Of a DNA stretch of 64,000 bases, positions 22,605 through 36,784 are shown one piece after another. The stretch's first letter is position 1. The number at the start of each line of letters is the position of its first letter. A model generated the notes under the pieces. That model searched no databases and was not told the origin of the DNA. It saw only the letters and a program-made list of their open reading frames with translations. The stretch is from Rhodosorus marinus CCMP1338 (lineage: Eukaryota; Plantae; Rhodophyta), in assembly GCA_029953675.1 (NCBI GenBank), contig JAMWBK010000004.1, forward strand, positions 2,790,001-2,854,000, written 5' to 3'. The translations under genes were made by a program, and so were the position numbers.

Positions 22605-24295
22605 ACTTTGCAACAAAAACCACTATCACTCGAACGCAAAACAAACCACCACAGATCACCTCCTCAACTGCTCTAGATGAGATCAGAATGTTCTTAAAAC
22701 GCTGATTCAATCGCCACTGGACTCTGTAGAATCGTAGACAAGCACCCTTTCCCACTCAAGAACAACCCATTCCACGCCCGACTACTCAGCTGTAGAGCAG
22801 ACTATAGATTCTCCTTCTTCAGCAAACAATCCCGGTGTCTGATTCTCTCACTTCGCTCTTGCATAAGTCCTTCGCGATCTTGTCAATTGAAAGTCATTAC
22901 GCTGCCCCCACAGATGAAATCTCAACTCGCTCTTCCCCCGAAACCCGTCCTCGTCGGATCGTAAAAGCCTCTTGAGCATGTAGATCGACTTGGGAGCCTA
23001 GGGACGTTTGTAGATCTATCTGGCAATATAGATTACTTCGTTTGTTAGAATTATATTATGACAAAGCTGGATAAAGGTAAAAAACGTGTCCTTGGACTGG
23101 CCAGAATCGTTGACTACAAGCCAGGACATCGAAGTTCGCAGCTCAGCGCGATTGGGATGGATCCGAATGAAATCAGAAAATCTCTTGTAGCTTCATAGCC
23201 AATATGTGAGAATCCGATCGGTTTAGATTAATGTTGCGGGCTAGAGGGCGATTGAACATCAGGGTTGTTCATGCACAAGACCGGTGTCTTCCCTAGGTAC
23301 GAGGCACTGTCCAAGTAGGACGAACTTGCTTTTGATATGTTCGATGATGAAGAAATGCCAGGTATTACTCAGGCTGCTTTATTTGTACCATCTTGCTATC
23401 CCAGCTCTGCTCGCAGAAGGCCGGAGCACTGAATGTGAATCTCCCAATGCGGGAGAAATCCTGCTTATTAGTACCAAATTCGCGAGATCGTAAACTGGAA
23501 TAGTTAAACCTGGACAAACCAGAAGAAAGTCTAGGGTCTGGAAGCAGAGCTTTAGAGCTCTTTGTTCTTGCTCCTCTACCAGATTGTTCCCCTACTGCAC
23601 TTCTCGTTAACGATGAAAATTCTCGAATTCCCTCGGCGAGATTGGACGCCCTACAAGAACGAGCAAACAGTGCTTCTCTGCTGCGCCCTTCGAAAGAGAC
23701 GGGAAAGTGCGCTTTGAAAGCGAAGGCTGGGAATTCTATCATGAAACAATCTTTCTATTGATGAATTGCTTCCCAAGTCTTGTAGAGAAGAGCGCTATAT
23801 TAGTCTCCGAGGTCTCTATCTGGATTCGAGGTTCTCTTTGAAGGCAGTGCCCTTGTGATCAACATGTGGCTCTTGTCGAAAGGAGTTTTCTGGAAGCCTA
23901 CTAGCCGGAATTTATGCTTTGTGCTGTACAGTGTTCGGTCTTGTAACTGAGCATGTCCGTTTTGCAAGCATGTTTGATTCCCTGAAGAGTTGGCGGTTTC
24001 GCCTTGGAGGTACATATGCTCCGATACGTAGCAGTCTATTGGCTTTTGACCTAGCGCCAACAAACGGTTGCATTTCTGAGCAACCACTAGGCAAAGATTT
24101 TGAGCTCTTGCCCTTGACAAACTCTGTCTGTGAATAGCAGTCTGGCCGGACGGAAGCACTAACAACCGTCGTCGAATCCTGAGAACATTGCCAAGAACGT
24201 ACATGAAACCCACAAGATTCGGTTATTACGCGTCCTAAGAACAACTGGCAACAATCGTAGAAACAATTCAAAGAGCTGAAAAAAAATCAAAAACA

Positions 24296-24368
24296 AGCCA
24301 ACAGTGAGATTCGAACTCACGACCTTTCGCTTACGAAGCGAACGCACTACCTACTGTGCTATGCTGGC
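24296..24368 (-). tRNA. tRNA-Thr(CGT), intronless
   Basis: GCCAGCATAGCACAGTAGGTAGTGCGTTCGCTTCGTAAGCGAAAGGTCGTGAGTTCGAATCTCACTGTTGGCT. The acceptor stem, anticodon stem TTCGC/GCGAA with loop TTCGTAA and the TTCGAA T-loop are present, followed by T-runs (Pol III terminator). Confidence 0.96.
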
Positions 24369-24928
24369 ACTACCATTGCGGAAGAATTATTATTCCTTTA
24401 AATTACTAAAATTCGCTTGGGAAGAGCTCGGTTCTGTCGCAATTCGGTTAGGAAGAGACGATCGGGGAGGCTAGGCCTTCCGGTCACGAAACCCAGCTCA
24501 TAAATCTTTTTTCAGACCATTTACCTACACCAAGGAACGCAGTAGTGTTTCTCACTCTCGTGCTTTAATAGCGACCGTGGGCTTTTTGACGTCTGCGATT
24601 GGAGACGCTCTGGGGACGCCAACCCCAGCGTTAAGAGTGGAATGTTAGACGGAAATGCGAGTTGGACTGGGCAGAAACCTACATGCAATTTCTACATCGA
24701 GCGAGGATTCCGGAAGTTTGGAAGAAGATTTTAGGATGTTGGGTGGTTGGCCGGCCAACCTCTCGAGAGTTCTACAATGATATCGAGAGGCTTCATTTGG
24801 AATCGAGATCCCCGACCATCCATTCCAAAGCATTCAGGCGGCGGAGGCTAAGACTTTCCAATACTTTACGAAGTTTGGTTTTACGGTTCAGCTTTTTATG
24901 TCATCGACAAGATGGTGTTTTGGGAACA

Positions 24929-27900
24929 CTAACGTTGAGTAAATCCCTGTTGCATTTGCTGAGTGACATACGCTTGCTGAGCGGCGCGTTGTGTGGCGTA
25001 CGCTGCTTGGGCCGCTTGAGCCTGTGCTTGCGTCGCGTACGCCTGTTGCATTTGAGCTGTCTGGTATGCCTGTTGGACCGCTGCGGTCTGATAAGCCTGA
25101 ACCAGCAAGTATTTCAATGATTAGGTTAGTAAACGGTTACGTCTAGGAGTTAATGTGCGATGAATCACCTACCTGAGCGGGATTCACGAAAGTGTTCATT
25201 TGAGCGGGTTGGTTGCCTTGAGCTCCAGGCCACATTAGCTGAGGCACCATCGCATTTGCTCCGCCTCCTTGGTGATACGTAAGAGCCAAGGGCTGGTCGC
25301 CTTGTTGACCACCCTAAGAGAAGACACAAATTCGTGGGGATATTGTTCAGATCCCATTCCGCAGTTCGTGGGCGACTTAGTTTCAGTTGGACACTCCCTT
25401 ACCGTGTGATGTTGAATTCCGAAGAGCAGTACACTTGGGTCATCGTTAATCTCATCCTCGATTTCTTGCCTCTCCTTCTCTTCTGCGGCTCGCCTGTCCT
25501 CGCTCTCTTCCTCCAGTCCTATGACCCGCTGCCCAACCTCCTTCATTGTTTGAATCATGAATGGCATCGCAAAGTCCATGACCTCGTAAAGCCAGGACAG
25601 CTCAAGCGCGATATCTGGTCGGAGGTACTCAAAGCACGTAAAGAGGATTGCAGAGAACGCCTCTCGCAGTTTTTCTGACAAAAAGTACTCCGCGAGAGCC
25701 TCTGTCAATTCTTGATCCTTGCTTGCTGCGACTACTTCGATGGCGTCCTTGTACAATCTGATTTTCGTGCAAAAAGCAAGAAATGAGCTTCCACGTTAGC
25801 GGGCACCTCAATAAATAGTACATATACTGGTCATTGTCATAACAGATAGACGTACTTGTCCTTCTTGCACAACTCGATCGCCTCCTCATATTTACCAACC
25901 CGTTTGTACAAATCGACAGCAATCCTTCTCATCTCGAGCACAGCGTGCGTCTCTAGCTTTCTTGCCAACTTGATATGTTCAAAGTTTTTGAAGTTGGTAG
26001 TACTTTCACTCAGTTCTTCGACGTTCTCCTCTAAGATGAGAAGGTCGTTGAGAGCCTCGTTGAGAGCGGAGACATCCCGTTCCTGAACCTTCCGCAGAAA
26101 CGCTAATAAACAGGAAAAACAAATAATGCAGAAAGTTTTTGGGTGAGCTAAACGGCTCGCTATTTCTTGTAACCATGACAGCAATAGCTTTCCAGTCAGT
26201 CATACCCTTGCATAGGGGCAGCGCCCCAAGCGGTCCGAGCTCGGGCTTCGCATCCCGCAGCTTGTTCATTGCCGTTGTAGCCTCACACTTCGGTGCAATG
26301 ACGAACAAAAGGTCGTTGAGAAGCTCCGGGTGCTCTTCTACGTAGAAATCGATGGCGTCATACATAACGCTCATCGTCCCAACCTTCGATATGACGTCCG
26401 TGAACGTTGAAGGATTCCAGGAATCAGGCGCATGGTCAATCATTACCTACAGTTGACGCAAAGGAATGTAAGTGACTACTCAAGCTCGTGAGGAAACATC
26501 TCAGAAACCGGAGCCTTGGAAGAGCGCTGAAAAATGTTCTTACTCCTATGGCGAGATCATGCTCATTGTACTGCTGGTGCAGGTAGCACTTTTCGGCCCA
26601 AAGCATTGCCTGATCACAGGCTTGCAGCAACCGAGGGATGCTAGCTCGTTGCCACCACATTTTACAGAAGTCCATCATTTGGGACTCTCGATACTTCGTG
26701 AGCAACACGCCAAGCTCAGTGAACATTTGCGGGTTCGCTCGCTCAAGCCCGAGACCGGACTCAATCAATTCAATTGCCTAGAGGTTGGATAATTAAGTCA
26801 CGCCGAGAGGTAATCAGTTCCTTATTCGTTCCTTAGAGTAGTCGAAGAGTTGTGCCCATCCCAGGACCACCAATACGTACCTCGAAAAAGTAGCCAGGCT
26901 TCTCGTAATACTCAATTACACCTGGAAGCTCCCCGGTCTCAACAATAACTTTTTGTCCACAAGTCTGCGCGAAGCGAAACTCTCTTGCGTCTACACACGC
27001 AAACAGGACTGTCCTCCACACTTCTATGCGATCCGCCTGTTTCGCATACTTTAGTGCCTCCTCCAGGTCTCCCATGTGTACGTATACTGCGGCGAGCTTG
27101 GCGTAGTTCTTGGTCAGCTTGCACATAAAACGAGCCGCAAGCCTTCAAATAACAACAGCAAAGGAAAGCCACTTAGCAAAACCTCGGCCCAGAGCTTGTT
27201 CTTTCAAAATACTGACCGTACCAATTTTCATCGTCAAGGCATCGTTCGGTGACATCGTCAAGATTAGCTGCATGAGGTCTCTTAACAAACTCCTCCAGCT
27301 CCGGGAGGCGTTTCGTCCGACACAAGGCGTAGACAATTTCCGTGTCAACCGCACGCACGTCTTGCACCTTGTTCCTAGCTAGCTTCAAGTACTTAACAAC
27401 AGCCTCGAAGTCCTTATCGTTACCACTTTCAATCGCAGCGTTGATGACCTTCTCGTAGATGGTGAAGTCCTGGGCTTTCATGATCGAGTTGATACCCTCG
27501 GTGATCTTCCCGGCCTCCACCTGCGCCAGACCGAGTCTTGACCAGACAGCGGGTAGATCGTTCTTCATTGCGTACTCTTCCGCCCGTTTCAAGTCCTTCA
27601 CGTGATCGACCAAAACTCCCACCGCGATATCATACCTGAAGGGAGAATGTCAGCTATTAGGACGCCCGAACAAACGTTTGCGATTAACATAACTGGGTTT
27701 CCATACCTCTCCATTTTATGATAAATCAGGTAGGCCTCCTCGTAAAGCTCGCTCTCGATTGCAATTGTCGCAATTTCATCCCCAGCATAATTGTCAAGCC
27801 GTCGGATGAGTTCAGGTACCCTCTTTTTGTCCGTTTTCATGGACGTCAAAATAAGCAGGTTTTGCAAATTTTGGTTTCTTGCGAATGATGAGGACGATGA

Positions 27901-30900
27901 GTCCAACGTCAGCTTCTCCAGCAATTGGATCAGGATTTCTGGCATCTGAGCCTCGAGGAACGCCTTGATGGTAGAAGCGACCTTCTCCGGCTCCTTCACC
28001 TCCATAAGGGCAACGTTTGTGACCTGGTCAATGATCAGCTTTCTTTGCTGGTTGTTCGGATTGAGAGCCTTCGCCCAAAGATCAGAATCCTCTCTGTCCA
28101 CCAAGTACTTCGACAGTTCCTTGTACAGCTGGTGTCTCAGACACAGCTCAAACAACTCATTGTCGCAAACGCCACGACGGTATGCGACATAGGCGAGGTA
28201 CGGGTCGCGCTTTTCACAGAACGGACCAACCACTCTTGAGTCGTAATATACGTTGGTCAAGAGGAAGTGCTCAGCGTTTATGTTCAGGTCCGTGTACACC
28301 ATCGCCAATCCAGAGTGAACGTCAGCGTCTGTTACGTTGTCAGCAACCTTCGATTCGAGCATTTCCAGGAGAATCTTTATGCGTCCACGCTTCTGCACCT
28401 CCGCAACCAGCTCAGCGATAGGTGTCACATTTTTCACGGACATGATCAACTTCTTGATAGAGTCCTCCTTGTAGTCCAAATCAAGCAGCACACCGATAAC
28501 TTCGGGGGTACGATTCGGATTGATCCGCTGTAGGAAGCCCTCGACGAATTTCCATTGACCATTCTTCATGAAGTACCTAGTCATCTCCTCAATGTATCCA
28601 AACCTATCGCAGACGTTGATCAAGGGTCTCGGATCCCGGACCTTGTTGTCGATCAAGTACTTCTTCGTCTTCTCCGGGTCGTAATAGTTGCTTTCCCTCG
28701 TAACTCTTTCGGTCTCATTGTACTGCTGCGTTTTCACACTCGCCTCAATATAGCGGAAGTGCACTTCCGGATCTTCCGAAAAGTTTACAAGTTGTCCGAG
28801 GAACATGAATTGAGCGGCCTTCACTTTCAGGCCTCCGAACAAATCCATGCACCGCTTCACACCCATTTTCTCCCCGTATCTGCCGCCAATGGATACGCAA
28901 ATCTGCAGGTTTCCCTGTGCATTGTTCTCCAACAATTCCTTCAGGCAATCAAACGCGTCATCAGGAGCAAGAGTTCCAAAGAAACCCAGCAGGAAGTCCG
29001 GATTCAAGATATGCGTGTTGGTAATGACTCTTTTGACGTCGCCAAGATCTTGGAAGTTCTCCAGCGCATGTTGGAACAGGCCCTGTCGCTCGCAAAGCAT
29101 TGCAATTTTTTGCTTGTCATAGTGATGCCAGATATCCTGACCCAAGATTGCGTCCGCTATCTGAGGCTCATTCATTAAGTTCAGCTCCAAAACCTTGGTT
29201 TGCAAGTCTCCGTATTCTGGTATGTCCTCTGTAAGATTGTCCAGGCAGTAGTTGGTTCCCTCGTTCAATAGTCCCTGATTCACGAACATGTCAAACATTT
29301 GATAGTGCTGGGACGTGCTCCGTTGTTGATGAGCAACAACAATTGCTTGCTGCTGAAAGAAGTTAGCCAGCTCCAAAGCCGCTTGCGGGTTAACTTGTGT
29401 GGCCAACTGAACAAGCTCAGTTTGATCGATCTGCAAATTGACCTTTTGGATGTAAGAATGAACCCTCTTCGTTTGTCCTACTTGGATTAAAGTTGTGATA
29501 ACCTTCAGGTGTGCTTTAGCCTTAATGTACACGCCCAGGGCCACAGAGAGATTGGTCTGAGCGACTAGGTCACCGAGCTCTTCACTGCATTCCATCTTGT
29601 CTTCCTTCAACCACTTCTCAAGGTTTGCACCCTTGCCTGCTTGTGTGACGAGAACTCCCATCTCCACTGCTTCGATCTTATTGAGCCTGCTACGTTCCAG
29701 AATCGTTTGGAAATACATCAGCAACGGAGAAGGGCTTCCTTCGTTAGCTTGCAACGCCTTGAACCTTCCAATGGTTTCAGCAGTTCTTAGCAGACCGGCG
29801 GGACTATCAGCAGCCACAATAGCTGCCTCGCGATAATTTCCGCCGTCGAAGAGCTGTTCGAACTGCTCAACAAACATATTCTCCGCTCCAGGAAATCCGT
29901 TTCGGGAGGCAAGCCTTCCGGCGAGATCCACATCCTTCAAGGTGGCCAGGACGTAGGGAACCACATTCTCGCTGACCACAGACACCAAAAGAACTTGTCC
30001 AGCTCTATTCATACCGAGGAGACCGCCGGTTTCTTCATGTGCGCAACTGGCGAATAGGGTGGTTTCGGAGACGCGGTTCGCGTACAACGGCGTTGCACTG
30101 TCGATGTCGTACAGGTGTACATAGCCCAGTTTTGTGATCAGGTAGACGATCGAGTACTTCGAGGATACCTGGAGGGCGACTGGAAAATCGCCCACGGCCT
30201 CTGGCGGGTAGTAAATATCTACACTTCGCTTATCGAATAATGGTGCGCCTTCCGGTTTGGACTCGTGCCCAACCTCAATGATGTGAAGCTTCGATCCTTC
30301 CTTCGTTAAGCTCGCGAAGATGAAAAGAGTCGTATCATATCCTTCAAGCTTCAATCGAGCAAACGAAGCTGCGTGTCCTTCAATAACTTGAGACATCTGC
30401 TTGCTTGTCGAGTAAAGCTGAATATTCCCACCAACAAGGCCTCCTTCCAGGGCTTCGATACCAACTACACACATCCATTCTTCTTTCTCGTCTGTACGGT
30501 AGTTGATGATTTGTGAGGAGGCGAGACTCTCGTGTCGCTCAAAAACCTTAACCGGCTCGCCAGAGTCCGATAGTTTCCAGTGGTAGATCGAGGCTTGGGT
30601 GACCATTCCTAGACAATCATCGCTGGCCCACGTCCAGAAGACGACCTGCTCAGTTGCGGAGAAGCTCTTCAAAACCTCCCTCTTCGCAAAATCGAAAAGC
30701 TGGAGCTCGTTCCCAGCCCTGATCGCGAGGACCTTTTGAGCCGGATTCATTAAAGCGGAGTCCGCCTGAATCGGTCGCCTAACGGGTTGAAGGGGGTTGG
30801 TCATGTCGAACACAACTAGCTCGATCTGATTGTCCGCGGTGGTTTCGCGAACTGTGATGTACTTATCAGATTCCATGGTGGCACTGCCAAAATTGACGCT

Positions 30901-31090
30901 CGGTAGCTGGACTCCTACATTTGTGAGCTACATGTTTGCCGGAGGAAGATGGCAAGTTGGTTAGTTTTGATTCTACAAGTGCGTAGTCACGCACGATGAT
31001 TCTTCTAGAACACAACAAAGGAACCGGCCAGATGAGAGGATCTCCTACCTGAACCAGCTCCTGCAGCTTGATCGGTACAGAGTCGGCCAT
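24929..31090 (-). CDS. CHC: Clathrin heavy chain (multi-exon)
   Basis: Starts MADSVPIKLQELVQ, then TMESDKYITVRE and SSQIINYRTD (terminal beta-propeller), CHCR repeats, RDPYLAYVAY, and ...FAMPFMIQ near the C-terminus. A large 3.2-kb exon is followed by several short introns. Confidence 0.98.
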
Positions 31091-32876
31091 CTTGAGATCA
31101 GAAATGATCAAACTTCCTCTCCGCCTTGTTCGTCACTAACTTGGGAGAGAACAGGGGAGCTGTACTCAAAACAAAAAAACTCCCAACGCCTCTCCCCCCC
31201 CCCCTCAAGCAAAAACCCCCAAACCAACAACCCTCAACAACAGCACGGCCCACCACTCCCCACCAAATCCTCCTCTCCCCGTTCCAGATCACCCTTCACC
31301 TCACCCCAGCCGCAACCTACCAAGGATCCAACAAATTTCATGGACCTATCCACCGCCTCCACCCCATCTAACCCTCCTAAACCCCATCCACCCCTCCCCC
31401 GCCCCAAGAAACCTCCCATCCCCACCAACCAGCCTGTGTAACCCCACGTACCGGAAACGCCTGCAACCCCAACCTCCAAGAAGGTAGAAAATCGATGAAA
31501 CAGCAAAACCCCTCGAAATCACACCAAGAAAAAAAAGAATTCTGCCTGCTTTCTTTTCTAAAAAAAAACGATGGATGCACAACATCAGGTTTTTCTGAAA
31601 ATTTTCAATCAAGAGGGGTAGAAAGATTTACTTTTAGGAAAGGAGAAGGGGGGGTTGAAGAGTCGACGTTATCATCTTATTGGAAAGAAGTATGTGAATC
31701 CTGAGGGGTGCGATATTTGTCTATAGTAGATGATATATTTAAAATTGTTGAAGATTAATCGAGGTTTGACGAGATCTATTGTTGTGACAAAACGCAAAAG
31801 CTGGCAATTTTTGTCTTCGTCGGTGGGACGCCCGGCCCCTCAAAATGAACTTTTTAAAGAGGCCTTGAAGGTTTTTCTGAAGCTCGTTCAATCCAAAGTC
31901 AATCACAATGGTTATTGATCGTGCGGAAACATCTTCATCATAAAAATTCGAATAATTTGGCTGGGGATGAATCTGAATTGTTTAGAGGGGGTTTAGTATT
32001 TTCTTCGTACACTAAATAGGATTGCTATTTATCCGTAAACTGTACGGACATTTTTTATTTAGTGTACGGATTCCTGGGTTTTGTTTTGCCTAGAGTGCTT
32101 TATTTGGTTCTCTTTGGTTCATGTAGCGCGTCTTTCTGTATCTAGGCCTGGTGAGGAGTGAGACATGTGTGGAGAGGACGGAAACGTAGTTGGGGACATA
32201 CATGTTTATCGCCAAGACGAAATTCCAATTTGTCCACAGTGCAGGAGAAATGCTAATGGGAGGGATGCGGGTTAAAACTCAGTTTGCATTTGTTACCTCG
32301 TCTTCTGCTTGGTCTGCTCATTCCGAGATTATCAGATTTCCCTGAGACAACGCATCCTGTGTTTTGTGCGCTATTCTACCATCAGTGCAGTACCCGATTC
32401 AAGACCTTTTTGAAAGACACCATTCGTACACTAGAAGCAGGGTGGCCAAGTAGCTACCCCTCGCACGTCAACGGATGTCTCAAGTTATTGACTAGAACGC
32501 CCACAAACCCCAGCATGGGAAGACTCGTTAACACCAGTCTGTTTAACTCCACTAGTGTACCTTACCGCTTCGGGGTCGTTGGTTTTAATTTGGATAAGAG
32601 ATCACTACAATGGTCCGATGGAGCATCGGCCACTGAAGCGACGGCATGCTTGGCCACGTAGAAATTACCTTAATTAAATTCACCTCGGCAAAGCTAGAGT
32701 TGAAAAAGACGTGAAACTCGCTGCCCCGTTGTTCACTTTTACCGTCCAGGGCGGGGGTTTCTGGGAAACGAGATGAGTGAGGTGGATAGGGAAGATAGAT
32801 TACAAGTTCACGCGATTGGAAATCGCGGTTAGTTGAGGCTCTTTCTCGGTGCCGGGGGTTAGAGCGGTTTGACACC

Positions 32877-35158
32877 ATGGTTGGTGCGAATACTCTTCAA
32901 GAATTTGCGAGGTATGCTCGTGGTAGAGGTTGTTCTGTGTCGTTGCCTAGGGCTAAAACCCACGGGAAAGGATCTGTGGACAAGCTCAAGACGGGGTTGA
33001 ATGAGCGACCAGGGCCTCGGAAACCAACGCTCCGCTCTCAAGCGGAGTCAGGAACTTCGCGGCTTCTTTTGAGCCAGGAACAAATTTTCGCAAAGTAACT
33101 TTTCCAGCCGTGTTGCTGTAACTCCTTTCAACCGGCGAGCCTGACGTACTCTATTCGCAAACAGACTGACGAAACTGAGCGCAGCTGAGACAGACCGAAA
33201 GCTTCAGGATTCCTGTGCAAGAAATCGCTCGCTTCCGGACGCCGTGCTCGCTGCCATTCTTGCAAAATTCCAAAAGGAGCGCTACGAAAGCGGATTCGGA
33301 GCTCTTTTCGAGAATCTGATGATGGCCAAGCACGTCAGTCCTCGTAGGTTCCAAACTGCGTATAGCATGTTGCAGGTAGAGTGCCTTGGATCGCTGCTGG
33401 CCTACATCTCGCAACCTGTCTAATCCAATTTTCCTTGGTATCTAGAGCTGCACAACTGTTCAGCTGCGAAGCGTCGTAGAGAAGCTAAAGATGATCCAGA
33501 CCAAGAACAAGGTCTTCTTTTTGAGGCTTTCCTTCATCGCAAACTGCCGCCTAGAAGATCACAAGAACGTCGTTCATTGTCTTCACCAGTTCAAGGAGAG
33601 CGGAGTACAGTTAGCCCGGTATGAAGTAAGGCCGTATCTGAAGGCGGTATATAATATTCATGGACTCAAGGCACACAAGGAGAGCTACAAGGAGATGTCT
33701 GATATCTACGATGGACTACCATTGGGAGTGCTCCATGATAAGATTAACCTGATGGCCAGATATGGTTTGGAGAGTGAGGCCAGAGAAGCATTGCTCGTAT
33801 TGAAGCAAAGAGCAGAGTATGACATGTTCTGCGCCGCGTACATAAGGAGCCTCTCTGTACTAGGAAGAATGAGAGAACTTGACAACTTTATGAACGGGAT
33901 ACCAAGGAATGAACAGCTCTTAGCCACTCCTGTGCTAGGAGCCATTCGATTCTCGTATGGGATACAACGCATGCCAAAAAAGCTTGCTGAAATGGAGGGG
34001 AAACTCACCGAATTGAAACATCCTGAAGACCATGTGGCCCGCAGCCGAGAATTCCATTTGGAACCAGCGCGGGTTTGTGGTGGTCGTATCGCTACGAGCG
34101 AGGATATCAAAGACTTGGTTGCTGATCTCAAGTTGACTAAGAGAGCTTATGGAATCTACACACTTCTTAGGGAATCCGGAGCGTTGGCTGACGATCGAAA
34201 AAGAAGCGAGGTATATTACACGTTCGTCGCACGTCGACGATTTTTCGTCCCTGCCAACGAGGTTAACCTTGTTGCGTTCTGCAGGCCGTAAATCTCTTGA
34301 TGAGGTCCTGGACAAACGAAAGCCAACCAGTTTCCGAACGCAGGAACGCGTTCCGTGGGCTGCTTCACCTCAAAGCGTTTAAGTCTTCGCAGCTTTTCGA
34401 GTTAATGCACCGGCAAGACCCGCCCCTGAACATGGAGTGCTACAAGGACATGATTTTTGCTTTCGATAAGCCAAAGGATGCTTCTCGATTCGTCGATGAG
34501 GGCGTGAAGCATAGACTTTTCGGTTGTGCTGTGCCTATGAGAGAAAGGTTAATGAGTCTATACTCGATGAGAGGCTTCCATGAGGAATCAACGCAACAAT
34601 TCCAAGATTGTCGGTCTCAAGGCTTCACTCCGAACTGGAGAATGTATTTTCGTCAGCTTTTGGACTTGTATAGCAATGGAGACCACGACAACGCTCATGA
34701 GCAGCTCCTGCGAATGCACGCAGACGGTGAGCTCTTCAATCTTAAAAAACAATCGGACAATTTGAATTGAACAGGCAGCGCCCACATTCGGGAAAATCAA
34801 CGTCGGTCCTGAAGGTATCTTGCTGTCGGAGAATGAGTACCTTGAGGTCCTTCATATTCTATCCAGGAGTCGCGTAGCTGAGACAGCGACAAGTTTTGTC
34901 GAAGAGCTGCATGCAGCCGGTGTTCCGTTGACCTGTAGAACGTACAACGGTTTGATGCAAATCCTAGCCAGAGAAGCAATGTCACAGGAGACCGTAACTG
35001 TTTTTCAAAAAATGGAGGACCGTGGTGTAGCCAAGGATGTCGTCAGTGGCTACCTGAAGGCGAGGGCGATAGATGCTGTAAGAGATACAATTGTTGATCC
35101 AATTTATCAAAAGGGTCAAGAAGCAGAACGTGTCAGTGATCTGAGAGCCCAAGGATGA
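32877..35158 (+). CDS. Degenerate PPR / helical-repeat protein, intron-containing; 5' end unresolved (possibly ~32250)
   Basis: ORFs 33491-34291, 34297-34770 and 34820-35158 contain PPR-like units, e.g. LTCRTYNGLMQILAREAMSQETVTVFQKMEDRGVAKD and CRSQGFTPNWRMY. Confidence 0.7.
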
Positions 35159-35268
35159 GAAGAGCTAATGGTGTTCGAATGAGATTGTGCTAGAAAGACG
35201 TCTGAAACCTGTCTTGGACGTCTCAGCGAGCAAACAAATCCTGCAGACCAGACATAGCGAGTGATGAA

Positions 35269-36231
35269 TTATCCCAAAATGCGTGCAAATCCTCGCGAGA
35301 ACTCGTGCTTGGCCTCGACTGAGCTCGCCCGCTTCCCAAGGAACATTTCTGCCAAGGCAATAGACAGGGCTTCGCATTTCAATACAAGAGTGCTACGCCC
35401 GGCGAGGTCCACACGGATTTCCGCCCCAGTAAACTCAAAACGCAGCTCTTCGCCAATAGAAAACGTGTGCGTCCGGATGGCCAAGTTCAGCGTTTTCAAG
35501 GCTTGCTTTCCTCCTCTTATTCCCTCCTTCTCAAGTTGGCGCAGTCTCTTTATCATCGCTCGATCAAACGCTTGCTGGATGTGTTTCCCAGGTGCCTGGC
35601 AAGAAAGTTCGGATCAGCCGGACCAGGTAGTGTTTAGTCTTCCTATCGCGAGCATGACCAGCGGGAAGGCCAAGAACTTTGCCGAGCTTCTCACCTCTCG
35701 TGCAACAACCATGACGAGAGTCTTGTCGACTTCGGGTTGACAGACGGCGTTCCAAAAATCTGCGTCATCGTAAACGTCGTCAGCTGATTTGCCCTTCCAG
35801 TCGGAGAACCTCTGCTTCATCGTGTTCTCGCTCATATACAAGCCGATAGCATACATCGGTACCTGCAGACGATTCGAGAAAGGCGCGGGTTCTTAGGTCC
35901 TGAAAGGGGTGATCTCATCGAGGCATCGACAGTCGCTCGGATTGTCCAATAGTCCGTGGTACGGTGGTATGGGCATGTTGGCACGAACCATAAGCAATCG
36001 CCTGAGCCCAGCACCCACGAGCTTGGAGCCCCCATCATCGCCTTCTTCATACTTTATTCCTGGGTATATCTCCACAGCATCACATAGAGCAACTTTCGGG
36101 CCAAACCAGGACCTCCCCACAGCGCCATCGAGACCATAGCCCGTCCTAGGACGAGACCACTGGTATGCTGCATAACTGCTACATACAACTAATGGAAAAA
36201 CCCTCCCAACCTGCTTTACTCTCCACAACAT
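35269..36231 (-). CDS. Chalcone-isomerase-fold protein (CHI-like / FAP / AIM18-AIM46 type), multi-exon
   Basis: SKLVGAGLRRLLM...VPMYAIGLY, and C-terminal FSIGEELRFEF...LKCEALSIALAEMFLGKRASSVEAKHEFSRGF, fit the CHI fold. The basic N-terminus resembles a mitochondrial presequence. Confidence 0.8.
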
Positions 36232-36784
36232 TCTGATTGTTGCCGATCGACTCCCAAGCTACGCGAAGCTTGCTCTTTCCAGCAGGGATCAGCTTCAGAG
36301 TATAATTGGCAAAGGAAGATCCTGAATACCATGAAGACTCTTAACCCACGTTCAGCAACGGGTTTTCTACCGTAAGGAACCTCGTTTTTTCAGACACGCG
36401 TATAATTATAATTCGTTTAGCTTCTCGAAACTTGGATGATAGCCACACTTGTCATTTTTTCATTAGAAGAACAAACTCTTAGTCCAATGAAAAGGGTTAA
36501 TTCGTTGACTGCTTGCCAATCATAGGGCACTATTCACAGAGTAGACGAGCGCTGTTGTTGAACCTGCACTACACTTCTCCAGCAAGTGCAGCGCTGAGGA
36601 GCTCGCTCATCTTCGCATTCCACCTGCGCGCGGTACGGTCAGGATGATGTGCTTGTCGAAAGTTCCAATCGCCAGTTTGTGCGCACCTATGTAGAACACT
36701 CTCTCCTGTTCTAAGATATTGAAAATAACGTCAGGACGAAAGAGTAGGCCGAGTGAACAGTCCTGTCTATGCTTCCTGGTCAGA

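Noticed and set aside
27925-29836. Plus-strand ORFs overlapping clathrin (e.g. 28555-29178)
   Set aside because: They are antisense shadows of a strongly supported conserved gene.
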